Assembly (NCBI RefSeq): GCF_036971445.1
Contig: NC_091476.1
Coordinates: 66,100,191 to 66,156,000, forward strand
Length of the DNA: 55,810 nt
From: Narcine bancroftii
Lineage: Eukaryota
Direction: 5' to 3'
The notes below the pieces were generated by a model. The model ran no database searches. It saw only the letters and a program-made list of their open reading frames with translations, and was not told the origin of the DNA. The position numbers and the translations under genes are program-made. Positions 23,901 to 35,900 of this stretch are shown in pieces; position 1 is the first letter of the stretch; each line of letters starts with the position of its first letter.

Positions 23901-26900
23901 CTACAGGTGCACTTCCTGGCAAGTGGGCGAACGTCGACTCGATGGAAGGCACCCTTGGGGTCCCGGCTGGAACCTGTTGGCTCTTCTAGCACCCGGCGCG
24001 GGGTTGCTGCCGACTGGCATCGTTCTGAGCTGCTGGAGGGCGTGGTGAGCCTCGTGGGGGTGGGTGCCGTGGGGGAAGAAACTCAGTCTGGAGCCTCCTT
24101 CCCCCTAACCGGGCGTTGAGACCGAGGGGTAAGTCCCTCAAACAACAAGGGGTGGGGGAGATGACAAGGTGGTTCTTTCCTCTCACCTGCCACCTTAAGT
24201 AATCCAGATGCCAGAGGGACCTTGTGATTAGTAAGGGAAGAGATTTTGAACTTTGTAAATAATTTAGTCAGAATATATTTTGCAAAAGAGAGAGGACATA
24301 GATTCAGGATGGGGCTAAGGGGCATGTTCGGGGGAATCCACACAGAGACTGGTGGTCGCAGGCTTGATTTCGACTTTGGCGGGAGGAGTATGGTCAGGTC
24401 GCAGGCCAGTGGGACCAGACTAGATGGACCGAACAGTTTGTTTCTGTGCTGCTTCGTTCTGTGCTTCTGAAATAAATACTCCCGGTCATCCGAAGAAGCA
24501 GCCGGAGGATTTAGACCATGCTTTTGCTTATGCAAGGCTGAGTATCAGTAACCTACTTTGAAAATAATGTAAGAATCTGCAGATATAAGCTAAATTCCAC
24601 CACGGGGCCCAGAGATGCAGTTATCTGACAAAAAGACATCTGGTACCAAGAAGTTTAATCTTCCTGCTTGTTAGCCGGTTGCTGTTTGAGATTGATGGGA
24701 TTGTTGGTTGCAGACTGTCAAGCGAGGCCTTGAAGCTAAGTAAATCATTGTATTCAAAGTGATAGAAGCCTAGGCGTGCTCGGTGCGTGCTCAGTTTTTT
24801 GTGCAGGGAATAGGTGCTTGAGTAAGCAATTTTTGGGTAATATAAGCTGTGGTCCCACTGCTGAAATTTCAGACTCTCTGAGGGGTGGAAACATCTCTCA
24901 GCAAGAAGAACTTCTAGAGTCCAACCAACGTCCTGGTCGAAGGAGGTGGAGAAGCTGCTACCGGCACCCCGACAACCTACTACAAGTGTGCGGTCGTTGC
25001 CTTGCTTCGGCAGTTGGGACCAGTCCAGGCGTTGATAAGTATAATTGGGAAGGGCTTGCATATTGTAGTTTGAAATCAGCTTAACATTTTGTAATAAAGA
25101 TTTGTATAAACTGAAGTGCTCTCGGCGTGTGTCTCTGTTTTCTTTCGGTAGCTCAAACACTGACCAATCTAAAATGAACAAAGTGAGAGGTACAAGTTTA
25201 CCCAGGACACACCCCTCCCCCCCCCACTCCCTCCCCAATCCAGTTACAGGGCTTTCAGTTGCCTGGAGGTGCTGATCTCCAGGCTCCTGCCCAAAGATAG
25301 CAGGGAGAAGAGGTTGGTGATGAGGGTGATGGTGGCAGGGGGGTTCTCTGTGGCATCAGGTTCCGCGACTTTGCCCGGCTCCCAGTGGCGAGGTCGGGCT
25401 CGCGGGCGTCCCGGCAATCATCAACAACAGTGAGTCATCCTGCGAAGAAGAGGCAGAATGGTATGGGGGGGCGGCCAGGTTAAGGTCTCGGCATGATGGA
25501 GGGAGATGATCGCGGACCTGAGGAGGACCAGTGGGAAGGACCGCCCTCTCCACTACACTGTGGCGGGGAGAGCACCAAGTGCCTCGGAGTCCACTTCGCC
25601 AGTGACCTATCATGGACACTTGCCATCTCTGAAGGGACTCTCTGTTGCTTCTCTCTCTGATGTAAGGTGGGGGGGGGGGGGGTGGACTCTTTGCTTGAAG
25701 AAGGCAGAAGGAAGTTTTGTGTAATAATAAAGGAATATTCAATCCTGAAGTGTTTCATTGGTCTCCTCCCTGTCACAGGAACGGGAGACGGACAGGCAAA
25801 GGATGGATGAACTGCTGGATGTCAACCTCAGCCTCAAGGTCGAGCTGAACGACAGGGTGGGGGAGTCATCACAGGCCTTGTGGAGGTTGGGACCACTTTC
25901 TGAGGAGCTCTCCCATCAGGACGGTAAGGCAACGTCCCAACATTGTGTTCACCGTCACATCACTCGCTCTCAGGGTCAGACACAGAGTGAAGCTCCCTCC
26001 GCACCGTCCCATCACACACTCCCGGGGTCAGACACAGAGTGAACCTCCCTCAGCACCGTCCCATCACACACTCCCGGGGTCAGATTCAAAGTGAACCTCC
26101 CTCTGCACCATCCCGTCACACACTCCCGGGGTCAGACACAGAGTGAACCTCCCTCCGCACTGTCCCATCACACACTCCTGGGGGTCAGACACAGAGTGAA
26201 GCTCCCTCCACACGGACCCAACACATAGTTCTAGGGCAGGAACAGACTAGTGGTGTGTGAGTGGGAAATGAGTGAGACGTGGATTTAAACAGCAGGAATT
26301 TGTGGGAAAGGATGGAAAATTAGGTTGGTCCTTGCTTGGAGGTAGCACGTACTTGGGTGGGCCGAGTGGCTTCTCCCGTTTCTTCTGAGTGACCATGAGG
26401 GCTGTGTGTTGTTCTGCAGATACAGTGAAGCCCCTCAGCTGCGAGGTGGGGGAGGCCACATCAGGTCAGCTGCTGCTTCTCGAGCGGGAGAATCAGGAAC
26501 TGAGATTGAAGCTGGCAGAACTGCAACAGAGCAGCATGGCCACTGAACTCTGCAGCAGCGCAAAGATTGCCAGCCTGGAGCAGGACAGGCAGCAACTGCA
26601 TGCCACGGTAATAAAGGCACTGGGGATGGTTCCCACATTGACCCTCACTGGGGGGACAGGTCCCACACACTGATCCCCACTGGGGGGGGGACAGGTCCCA
26701 CACACTGATCCCCACTAGGGGGGGGACAGGTCCCACACACTGATCCCCACTGGGGGGGGACAGGTCCCACATTGACCCTCACTGTTGGGGATGGGTCCCA
26801 CACTGACACTTATTGGGGGGGGATGGGTCCCATACACACAATGATCCTCACTGGGGGGGGGGGAATGGGTCCCACACACAATGATCCTCACTGCGGGGGA

Positions 26901-29900
26901 TGGGTCCCACACACACTGATCCTCACTGGGGGACAGGTCCTACACACTGACCCTCACTGGGGGGGTAAGGGTCACTGGGGGGAATGGGTCCCACACTGAT
27001 TCTCATTGGGGGACAGGTCCCTCACACTGACCTTTACTGGGGGATGGGACCCACACTGACCCTCAGTGGGGGGACGGGTCCCACACACACTAACCCTTAC
27101 TGGAGGGATGGGTCCCACACACTGACCCTTACTGGGGGGCGGGTCCCACACACACTAATCCTCATTGGGGGCAGGTCCCTCACAGTGACCCTTACTGGGG
27201 GATGGGTCCCACACACACTGACCCTCACTGGAGGCACGGGTCCCACACACACTGACCCTCACTGGAGGGGACGGGTCCCATACACACTGACCTTCACTGG
27301 GGAATGGATCGCTGAGGAACATCTGTGTACGTTAAATGAACTCGCAGTAGATAGGTTCTCCCTCCTTGTCGCTCCCTCTCAAGATGTCCGGTCCTCACTG
27401 CCTCTTCTGAGGACCCCTCCCTCCTCACCTCCCCTCCTCCTCTATCACCTTCGCTCAACCCCTCCCCTCCCCTCTTCGTCCCCTCCACACTGTTCCCTCC
27501 CAGGGCGCTCCCTCCTCACCAGCCCTTCTGAGGAGGCCCTCCTCTCTTTCCTTCCTCTCCGCTATTCCTGAGGTTCTCCCTCTGCAGCTCCCCCCACCCC
27601 CCCCCAGCTCCAGCCCTTTCCCTGACCTGTGCTGACAGGAGCGGGCCTCTCCTGATGGGACAGTGGGGGGCGGGGGTTGGTGTGCCCGACAGTCCCTCTG
27701 GCTGACCAGGACCCCTTTCCCCGCTGGCAGGTCCAACAGGTGGAGCAGGACCTCTCCCTCCTGAGGCGCCGCATCCACCATCTGGAACCCAAGGGCCAGG
27801 AGGTGGAGGAGGGGACGGACCGCCTCCCGCCAGGTACCCCAGCCGAGGGGAAGGTGAGGCAGAGCGGCCCGGAGGCACTGGAGGAGGACGGCCGGCCAGC
27901 TCAGCCGAACCAGGAGGCAGAGGAGTGTCGGCTGCCAAGGGGGACAGAGGAGGAAACCGAGAGCCTGGAGGAGGCCTGCTGCAGGCTGAGGTTGGAGTGC
28001 CAGAGCCAGGCTGAAGCCCTGGAGAAGGCCCTGGCCCGGGCCTCCAAGTCTGAAGAGGATCGGCGGATTGAGGAGGAGGCCTGTCGCAGGCTGAGGTTGG
28101 AGTGCCAGAGCCAGGCTGAAGCCCTGGAGAAGGCCCAGGCCCGGGCTTCCGAGGTGGAGGAGGCGGGCCGGCGGTGGCGGAGGGAGGTGGATGAGAGGAG
28201 GGAGGCTGCGGAGCGGGAGAAGGAGTCCGCGGTGGAGGCCCTGCGCTGGGCCGACGGCGACAGGAGGCAGCTGGAGAAGGAGAACAGGAGGCTGAGGCAC
28301 CGGGCTGAGGCCGGGGAGCGGAGCCTGAACGCTGAGCGGGAGAGGCTGGCTGTCCTGGACGGGGAGAACCGCAGGCTGCGGATGGAGGTGGCCAGGGTCG
28401 GCGAGCTGGAGGGGGAGAGGGGTGAGCTGGCCAGGCGGCTTACCTCTGAACAGAAGGCTCTGGCTGCACTGCGCGAGGTACGTGGGGCTGGGGAAGGTTG
28501 GGAGGGAGGACCTGGGGGAAATGGGAGGACCTCGGGGAGACGGTCTTGTGTGTGTGTGTTTATGTGATGCATGTCCAGTCAGTCCAAAGATCCGGTTGAT
28601 ACGGGTCCAGACGGTCTGGCCTTAACTCATCACAGGGTCAGTCATGGACTCTGGGTGTGAGTAGATGGGCCTGCAGACGAGTCTCTCTTTTACCCCCCCC
28701 CCCCCCCAGGACCTGACGTGTGAACAGGTGAAGAGTGGGCAGCTTGTGGGGCACCTGGAGAAGCTGAGCCGCTGGCTGCAGAGGCTGGCACCAACCACAG
28801 AGACACCATCGCAAGAGGAACCCCCTCACCAGCCCAGGCAAGTGGTGGGAATCTGTGGCCTGGCTCTCCCCGTCCCTGTCCCCGGCCCCGCTCCCCGGCC
28901 CCGCTCCCCGGCCCCGCTCCCCGGCCCCGCTCCCCGGCCCCGCTCCCCGGCCCCGCTCCCCGGCCCCGCTCCCCGGCCCCGCTCCCCGGCCCCGCTCCCC
29001 GGCCCCGCTCCCCGGCCCCGCTCCCCGGCCCCGCTCCCCGGCCCCGCTCCCCGGCCCCGCTCCCCGGCCCCGCTCCCCGGCCCCGCTCCCCGGCCCCGCT
29101 CCCCGGCCCCGCTCCCCAGCCCCGCTCCCCAGCCCAGCTCCCTGTCCCCATCTGCACTCCCCGTCCCTGTCCCCATCTCCAACCCTCTCCTCCCTTTTTC
29201 CCCACACCCCTTTCCACTCCCCGTCCCCTCTCTCCCTCCCCATCCCGTACGATGGTAGAGGTGGCCACGAAATCCATGCCAGGGACCAGTTTGATTATTG
29301 GTGTGGAGGAACAAGGCCCTTTGGCCTATCATACACCTGCTCAGCATCATTACCCACCCCCCACGAACACCCACAGACACAGGCCTGCACACGCCCTGTG
29401 AGCCTTTCCTGGTGCTAGAGTGGACTGGGGTACAACAGAGACAGTGTCCCGTGATTTGCATGTAGACCCATGTAATGGATGTGCTTCCNNNNNNNNNNNN
29501 NNNNNNNNNNNNNNNNNNNNNNNNNNNNNNNNNNNNNNNNNNNNNNNNNNNNNNNNNNNNNNNNNNNNNNNNNNNNNNNNNNNNNNNNNNNNNNNNNNNN
29601 NNNNNNNNNNNNNNNNNNNNNNNNNNNNNNNNNNNNNNNNNNNNNNNNNNNNNNNNNNNNNNNNNNNNNNNNNNNNNNNNNNNNNNNNNNNNNNNNNNNN
29701 NNNNNNNNNNNNNNNNNNNNNNNNNNNNNNNNNNNNNNNNNNNNNNNNNCCCACCCACACCCTCTCTGCCCTTTTTCTCTCTCTCCCTCCCCCTCCTTCT
29801 CTCTGCTATCTCATTTCCCTGTCCCCACTCCCACCCACACCCCCTCTGCCCTTTCTCTCTCTCCCTCCCCATGTTCCGTAGTTACGAGCTACTGGAGATT

Positions 29901-32900
29901 AGACTGGATGCCACGTTTAAGGAGGCCATACAGATGAAGGAGGCCCACATTGACAGCCTGAGGAGGGAGCTGGGGAGAGTGGAGGTGGAGAACCATGCCC
30001 TCTCTGAGCAGTTAGTGCAGGTCAGTGGGCAGTCGGCCGAGGGGTGTGGGTGTGGACCGCTGGGTCTCCCCTCCTTCCCTCCACTCCATTCCTCTCTCAA
30101 TCCCTCCCCTTCATCCCCACCTCCCTCCAGTCCTGAGATCCTTCCCCCAGCACTGAACTCCCTCCCCACAGCGCTGAGCTCCCTCCCTCCTCCCCCTCCC
30201 CCATCCAACTCCATGAACTGTGTCCCATTCCCTGCTCTCTGACCGTCCCAGTTGAAGGAGACCCTGGAACTGCCGCAACCTGAGGATGATGTCATCAACA
30301 AGATGGCGGATGCAGGGAGTGAAGGTGAGGAGACCAAGAGGGACCATGGGCGGCTCGTGCAGGACACATTCAGCGAGCGGTTGATTGAGGTAGAGAGGAA
30401 GGTAAGTGGAGTTCAGGGAAGCTCCTCTCTCCAAACAGAGAATGGGGCATCCCAGGCAGTGGAAGGGGGAATAACACCAAGACATTGTCCCATCAGTCAC
30501 TGGGGCGGTTACCGGGAAATGGGTACCATCAGTCACTGGGAGGGTTACCCAGCAACGGATACCATCAGTCACTGGGAGGGTTACCTAGCAACGGGTCCCA
30601 TCAATCAATGGCAGGATTACCTGGCAACGGGTCCCATAAGTCACTGGTTACATGGCAATGGGTCCCATAAGTCACTGTTACATGGCAACGGGTCCCATCA
30701 GTCACTGGGTGGATTACCCAGCAACAGGTCCCATCAGTCACTGGGAGGGTTACCTAGCAATGGTCCCATCAATCAATCAATGGCAGGGTTACCTGGCAAC
30801 GGGTCCCATAAGTCACTATTACATGGCAAGAGGTCCCATCAATCACTGGGATGGTTACATGGCAACAGGTCCCATGAGTCCCTAGGGTGGTAACACGGCA
30901 ATGGGTCCCATCAATTCCTGGGGTGGTAACTCGGCAACGGGACCCATTAATCCCTGGGACGGTTACCTGGCAATGGGTCCCATCAATCCCTGGGGTGGTA
31001 ACACGACAACAGGTCCCATCAGTCCCTAAGGTGGTTACCCGGCAACAGGTCCCATCAGTCCCTGGGACGGTCCCAAAGGAGCAGCTACCTTGGGATAACA
31101 GGAATAATAACCACCTGGATCATGTGCTCAAGGGTTTGAGGTAGGATTGGAATCCACCTTGTTCACGTTAATGCACATCTCGCTATGCGTTGTCAGTGTG
31201 TCCGCATCTCCGTATGTCTCTGCGTGTGTGCGTCTGTGTAAGTCAACCAACCGGTCGTGCAAGTCCAACCCAACGGAACAGCATTCTCCGGTTCTCGGTG
31301 CAAAGCATGCAGATGTACGTCCAGACGTAACACACGTACAGGCCAACGTTACACATGCACGACAAGTCTTCATCTGTACAAATAAACAAACATCGTTCTG
31401 TGAATACGAGAGTCTCGGATGGTTAAAGTGAATGGTTCCTTTGGTTGTTCAACCCTCTCCCTGTCCGGGGAAAGAAGCTGTTCCTTGGCCTGGCAGAGCT
31501 GCCTCTGATCCTCCTGGATCTCTTCCCCAGACGGGAGCAGCCGTGTGTGGGGTCAGATCCTCGGTGATTTTGCACGCCCTCTTCAGACATCGATCCCGGT
31601 TGCTCATGCCAATGGGGAGGAGGGAGACCCCAGCGATCCTCTCTACTGCTCTCACGGACCTGTGGCTTGACCTCCGATTCATTTCTCTGCAGCGTCCATC
31701 TCCACACGGTGATGCAGCCGGCCAGGACACTTTCGATTGACAGCATGGTGGCTGGTAGCCTTGCCCGCTCCAGCCTACTCAGGCAATGCTAACCATCCAC
31801 GTGTGTCTGTGCGTCTCCGGGCATGTGTGCGTATCTCTGCGTGTCTGTATATGTGCCTCTGCATGTCTGTGCGTGTGTCCCTATGTGTGTGTTTGCTTGC
31901 GTGTGTGTCTCTGCGTCTCCGGGCATGTGTGCGTATCTCTGCGTGTCTGTATATGTGCCTCTGCATGTGTGTGCGTGTGTCCCTATGTGTGTGTTTGCTT
32001 GCGTGTGTGTCTCTGCGTGTCCCTGCATGTGAGTACGATGCCCCCTGACCCCTGTGCCTCTCCCAGAATGCCACACTCCTGGCAGAGAAGGCGGCGCTGA
32101 GCGGCTGCAGCCACCAGCTGGAGTTGCAGACAGAGGGGCTGCAGGTGCAGGTGGCAATGCTGCAGAAACACTGCATCGCCCTGCAGGAGCAGGTCAGCGG
32201 CTTGCAGACACTGAACACCCGGCTGCAGGTCAGTCTCACACACACCCCCACCCCAGGGTCTCACCCCATCCCCTCCAAACACCCTAGGATTTCACCCCCA
32301 TCCCCTCCGAACCTCACCCCGGGGTCTCACTCCGTCCCCTCGAAACTTCATCCCTGTCCCCTCCAACCTCACCCCAGGATCTCACCCCTGTCCCCTCCGA
32401 GATTCACCCCGTCCCCTCGAAATCTCACCCCTGTTCCCTCTGAACCTCACCCCGGGGTCTCACCCCCATCCCCTCCAAAATCCACCCCAGGGTCTCGCCC
32501 TTATCGCCTCTAACCTCACCCCGGGGTCTCATCCCTATCCCCTCCGAGCCTCACTCCCATCCCCTCCGAACCTCACCCCCGACCCCTCCAAAATCCACCC
32601 CAGGGTCTTGCCCTCATTCCCTCCAATCTCACCCCAGGGTCTCACCCCTGTCCCCTCCGAGCCTCACCCCATCCCCGCGAAACCTCACCCCTGTCCCCTC
32701 TGAACCTCACCCCGGGGTCTCACCCCGTCCCCTTCAAAATCCACCACAGGGTCTCACCCCCTTCCCCTTCAAACCTCACCCTGGGGTCTCAGCCCCGTCT
32801 CCTCTGAACTCCAACCTGAGGTCTCACCCCCATCTCCTCTGTACCCCACACTGGGACCTCACCCCCGTCCCTTCCGAAACCCAGCCCAGTGACTCACCCC

Positions 32901-35900
32901 CGTCCCCTCCAAACCCCAACTCGGGAACACACCCTGTCCCCTCTGAACTCCACCCTGGAATTTACCCTGTCCCCTCCAAACCCCAACTCGGGAACACACC
33001 CTGTCCCCTCTGAACTCCACCCTGGAATTTACCCTGTCCCCTCCGAACCCCACCCCAGAACTCACACTCTCCTCTTCAAACCCAGTCCCCTCTCCACCTC
33101 CCACCCACTCCCTGGGAACTCACCCCCACATCCCTTCTCCAGGAACTCACCCCGTCCCCTCTGAAACCCATCCCAAAATGTATTCCATCCCTGCCAAATC
33201 CCATACCCTGTCCCCTCCCCAGGATCACACAGCCCCACCCCACCCACCCCCATCGCCTCCTTCTGGGAACTCACCCCCACCTCTCATCTCCCTGGGAAAT
33301 CAGCCCTCAGTCCCCTCCCAAACTCCCGTTCCCTGTCCGTTCACTCTGTGCTCACTACCCTCCACACCCTAGCTAACCATCCATCCTCAAAAGTCCGCTA
33401 CCAATCCCTCTCTGGGGTGGGTAGAGAGAGGGTGAGTTGGAGGGGAGAGACGGCGAAAGGAGGGTGGAATGAGAGAGAGATAGAGGAGGGGTATAGAGAG
33501 AGGGAGTGGGAGGGGAAGGGGAGAGAGGGGAGGGGGAAAGAATGGAGGGGAGAGGGAGAAAGGATCTGGCGAAAGAGGGCGGGGAAAGGGGGGAGGGAGA
33601 TGGAGTTACAGAGGAAGGAGAATGAGGTTGAGGAAAGAGGAGGGGAGTGAGGAGGTGGAGAAAGAGGGGAGGAGAGGAGGAAAGAGGGAGGGAGGGGTGA
33701 GAAGGTGGGTGAGGCGGGAGTAATAAGGGGAGAGGAGGGAATGAAGGGAGTGGGGAGGGAGGGTAGGGTGAGAGAGGAGTGAGGAGGGGGAGAGGGAGGG
33801 AGTGAGGAGGGAGGGAGGGGTGGGAAAGGGAGGAAGTCCCTCAGAGCTGGTGTGTAGTTCGGCCGATTATGGCAGCTGTAGGTGTCTGGCCTACCTGAGA
33901 TCCCCCCCACCCCACCCCACCCACCATTGTTAACCGGACCCTCCCCCGGCCCCAGGTGGAGAACACCGGGCTGAGCATGAAGAATGAGGGCCTGGCGGCG
34001 GAGGTCAGGCAGCAGCAGGCCCGACAGGCCTCGCTGGAGGCCGAGGCGGCGTCCCTGGGCCAGGAGCGCAGCCAGGTGGTGAGCCAGCTGGAGGTGCTGA
34101 TGAGGGATCATGCCCAACTGGCCATCCTGCATGAGCGGCAGGGGGCTGAGCTGGAGGCCTTGGTCCAGAAGCACCGGGCGCTGAAGAGCCACTCCAAAGA
34201 CCTGGAAGCGGAGCACAGGGAGCTGGAAGGGAGGTGAGGACCACGAAAAACCCGAGGTGGATCAGGGCCGACATGGACTTGATGGGCCGAAGGGCCCATT
34301 TCTTTCCAGAGACGCGTGTTTCTAGAGGGGCTGTAATTAACACTCAGAGAGATTTCTAATCTCATTGCAGTCAGTTTGTTTACATAGAAAAGAACAATAC
34401 AGCACAGTGCAGGCCCTTCAGCCCTCAATGTTGTGCTGACCCATATATTCCTAAACCCTCCCTACCCCGTAACCTTATATGTTTCTTCCATCCATATGCC
34501 TGAGTCTCTTAAATGCCCCTAATATTCCAGCCTCCACTACCACCCCCAGGCAAGGCATTCCAGGCCCCCGCAACTCTTTTTAAAAAAAACCTACCCCTGA
34601 TCCTTCCTCCCTTCACTTTGTACTGATGTCCCTTGGAGTTTGCTGATCCTACCCTGGGAAACTGGCACCGGCCGTCCACCCCGTCTATGCCTCAGAATCT
34701 TGTCGGCCTCGATCAAGTCCCCTCTCACCCTTCTGCGCTCCAAAGAGAAAAGTCCCAGCTCTGCCAACCTTGCCCCAATCCAGACCACATCCTGGTGAAT
34801 CTCCTCTCCGTAGCTTCCACGACCTTCCTGTAATGAGGTGACCAGAACTGAACACAGTAAGTGGGGTCTCACCAGAGATTTGTAGAGTTGCAACACGGCC
34901 TCCCGAACCCTGAACTCAATCCCCCGACTAATGAAGCCCAGCATCCCACAGGCCTTTTTAACCCTCCTATCAACCTGCGCAGTGATGTATGGATTTGGAC
35001 CCCCACAGGTACAATTCTTTGCACTATCACTGAGTGCCCATTCTGCCGCGCCTGCAGGAAAAAGAACTTCAGGATTGTATGTGATGTTGTTTATGTTCTC
35101 TAACAGTAACTCTGAATCTGATCAGAGGAAGGGATCTCGGCTCCGGCTTGAGGGGTTGAATGGTCTCACGTGCTTGAGTGATAATGATATTAGATAGCTA
35201 GAGAGAAGAATTTACTAGGATGTTGCGCGGACTTCAGAAAATGAGTTACAGAGAAAGGTTAAACTTGATTCCCTGGAGCGGAGAAGAATGAGGGGAGATT
35301 TGATAGAGGTGTTTAAAATTGTGAGGGGGACAGACAGGCGTTTCCCTCTGAGGATAGATGAGATACAAACCAGAGGACATGGGTTAAGGGTGAACATGAG
35401 GAGTGGAACGAGCTTCCAGCTGAAGGTGAATGTGGCCTCAATTATAGGGTCGGGACAATCTCTGTGAACAGGGATCTTGGGCCAGGACAGAGGCCTAGGG
35501 TTGGTATGGTCTCTATGGACTAGGGCCAGGACAATCTCTGCACAGGCCCCCAGGGTCGAGACAAAGGCCTAGGGTTGGGACAGTTTCTGTAAACAGGGAT
35601 CTTGCGCCGGGACAAAGGCCTAGGGTTGGGATGGTCTCTGGACCGGGGCCTGGGGTCGGGGCCGGGGCCTAGGGTCGGGGCCGGGGCCTGGGGTCGGGGC
35701 CTAGGGCCGGGGCCTGGGGTCGGGGCCGGGGCCTAGGGCCGGGGCCTAGGGCCGGGGCCTAGGGTCGGGGTCGGGGCCGGGGCCTAGGGTCGGGGCCGGG
35801 GCCTAGGGTCGGGGCCGGGGCCTAGGGTCGGGGCCGGGGCCTAGGGTCGGGGCCTAGGGTCGGGGCCGGGGCCTAGGGTCGGGGTCGGGGCCGGGGCCTA

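Noticed and set aside
24621-25238. 205-aa minus-strand ORF
   Set aside because: It lies within the probable LTR and has no recognisable domain or convincing start.
27901-28572. Long antisense ORFs over exon 14
   Set aside because: These are shadow ORFs of a GC-rich coiled-coil exon with no independent evidence.
30402-30893. ORF extension beyond exon 17
   Set aside because: A strong AAG|GTAAGT donor follows the conserved RLIEVERK. The extension merely reads into the minisatellite.
26620-31085. 30-37-bp repeats resembling CRISPR arrays
   Set aside because: The units are contiguous with no unique spacers, there are no cas genes, and the context is a vertebrate intron.
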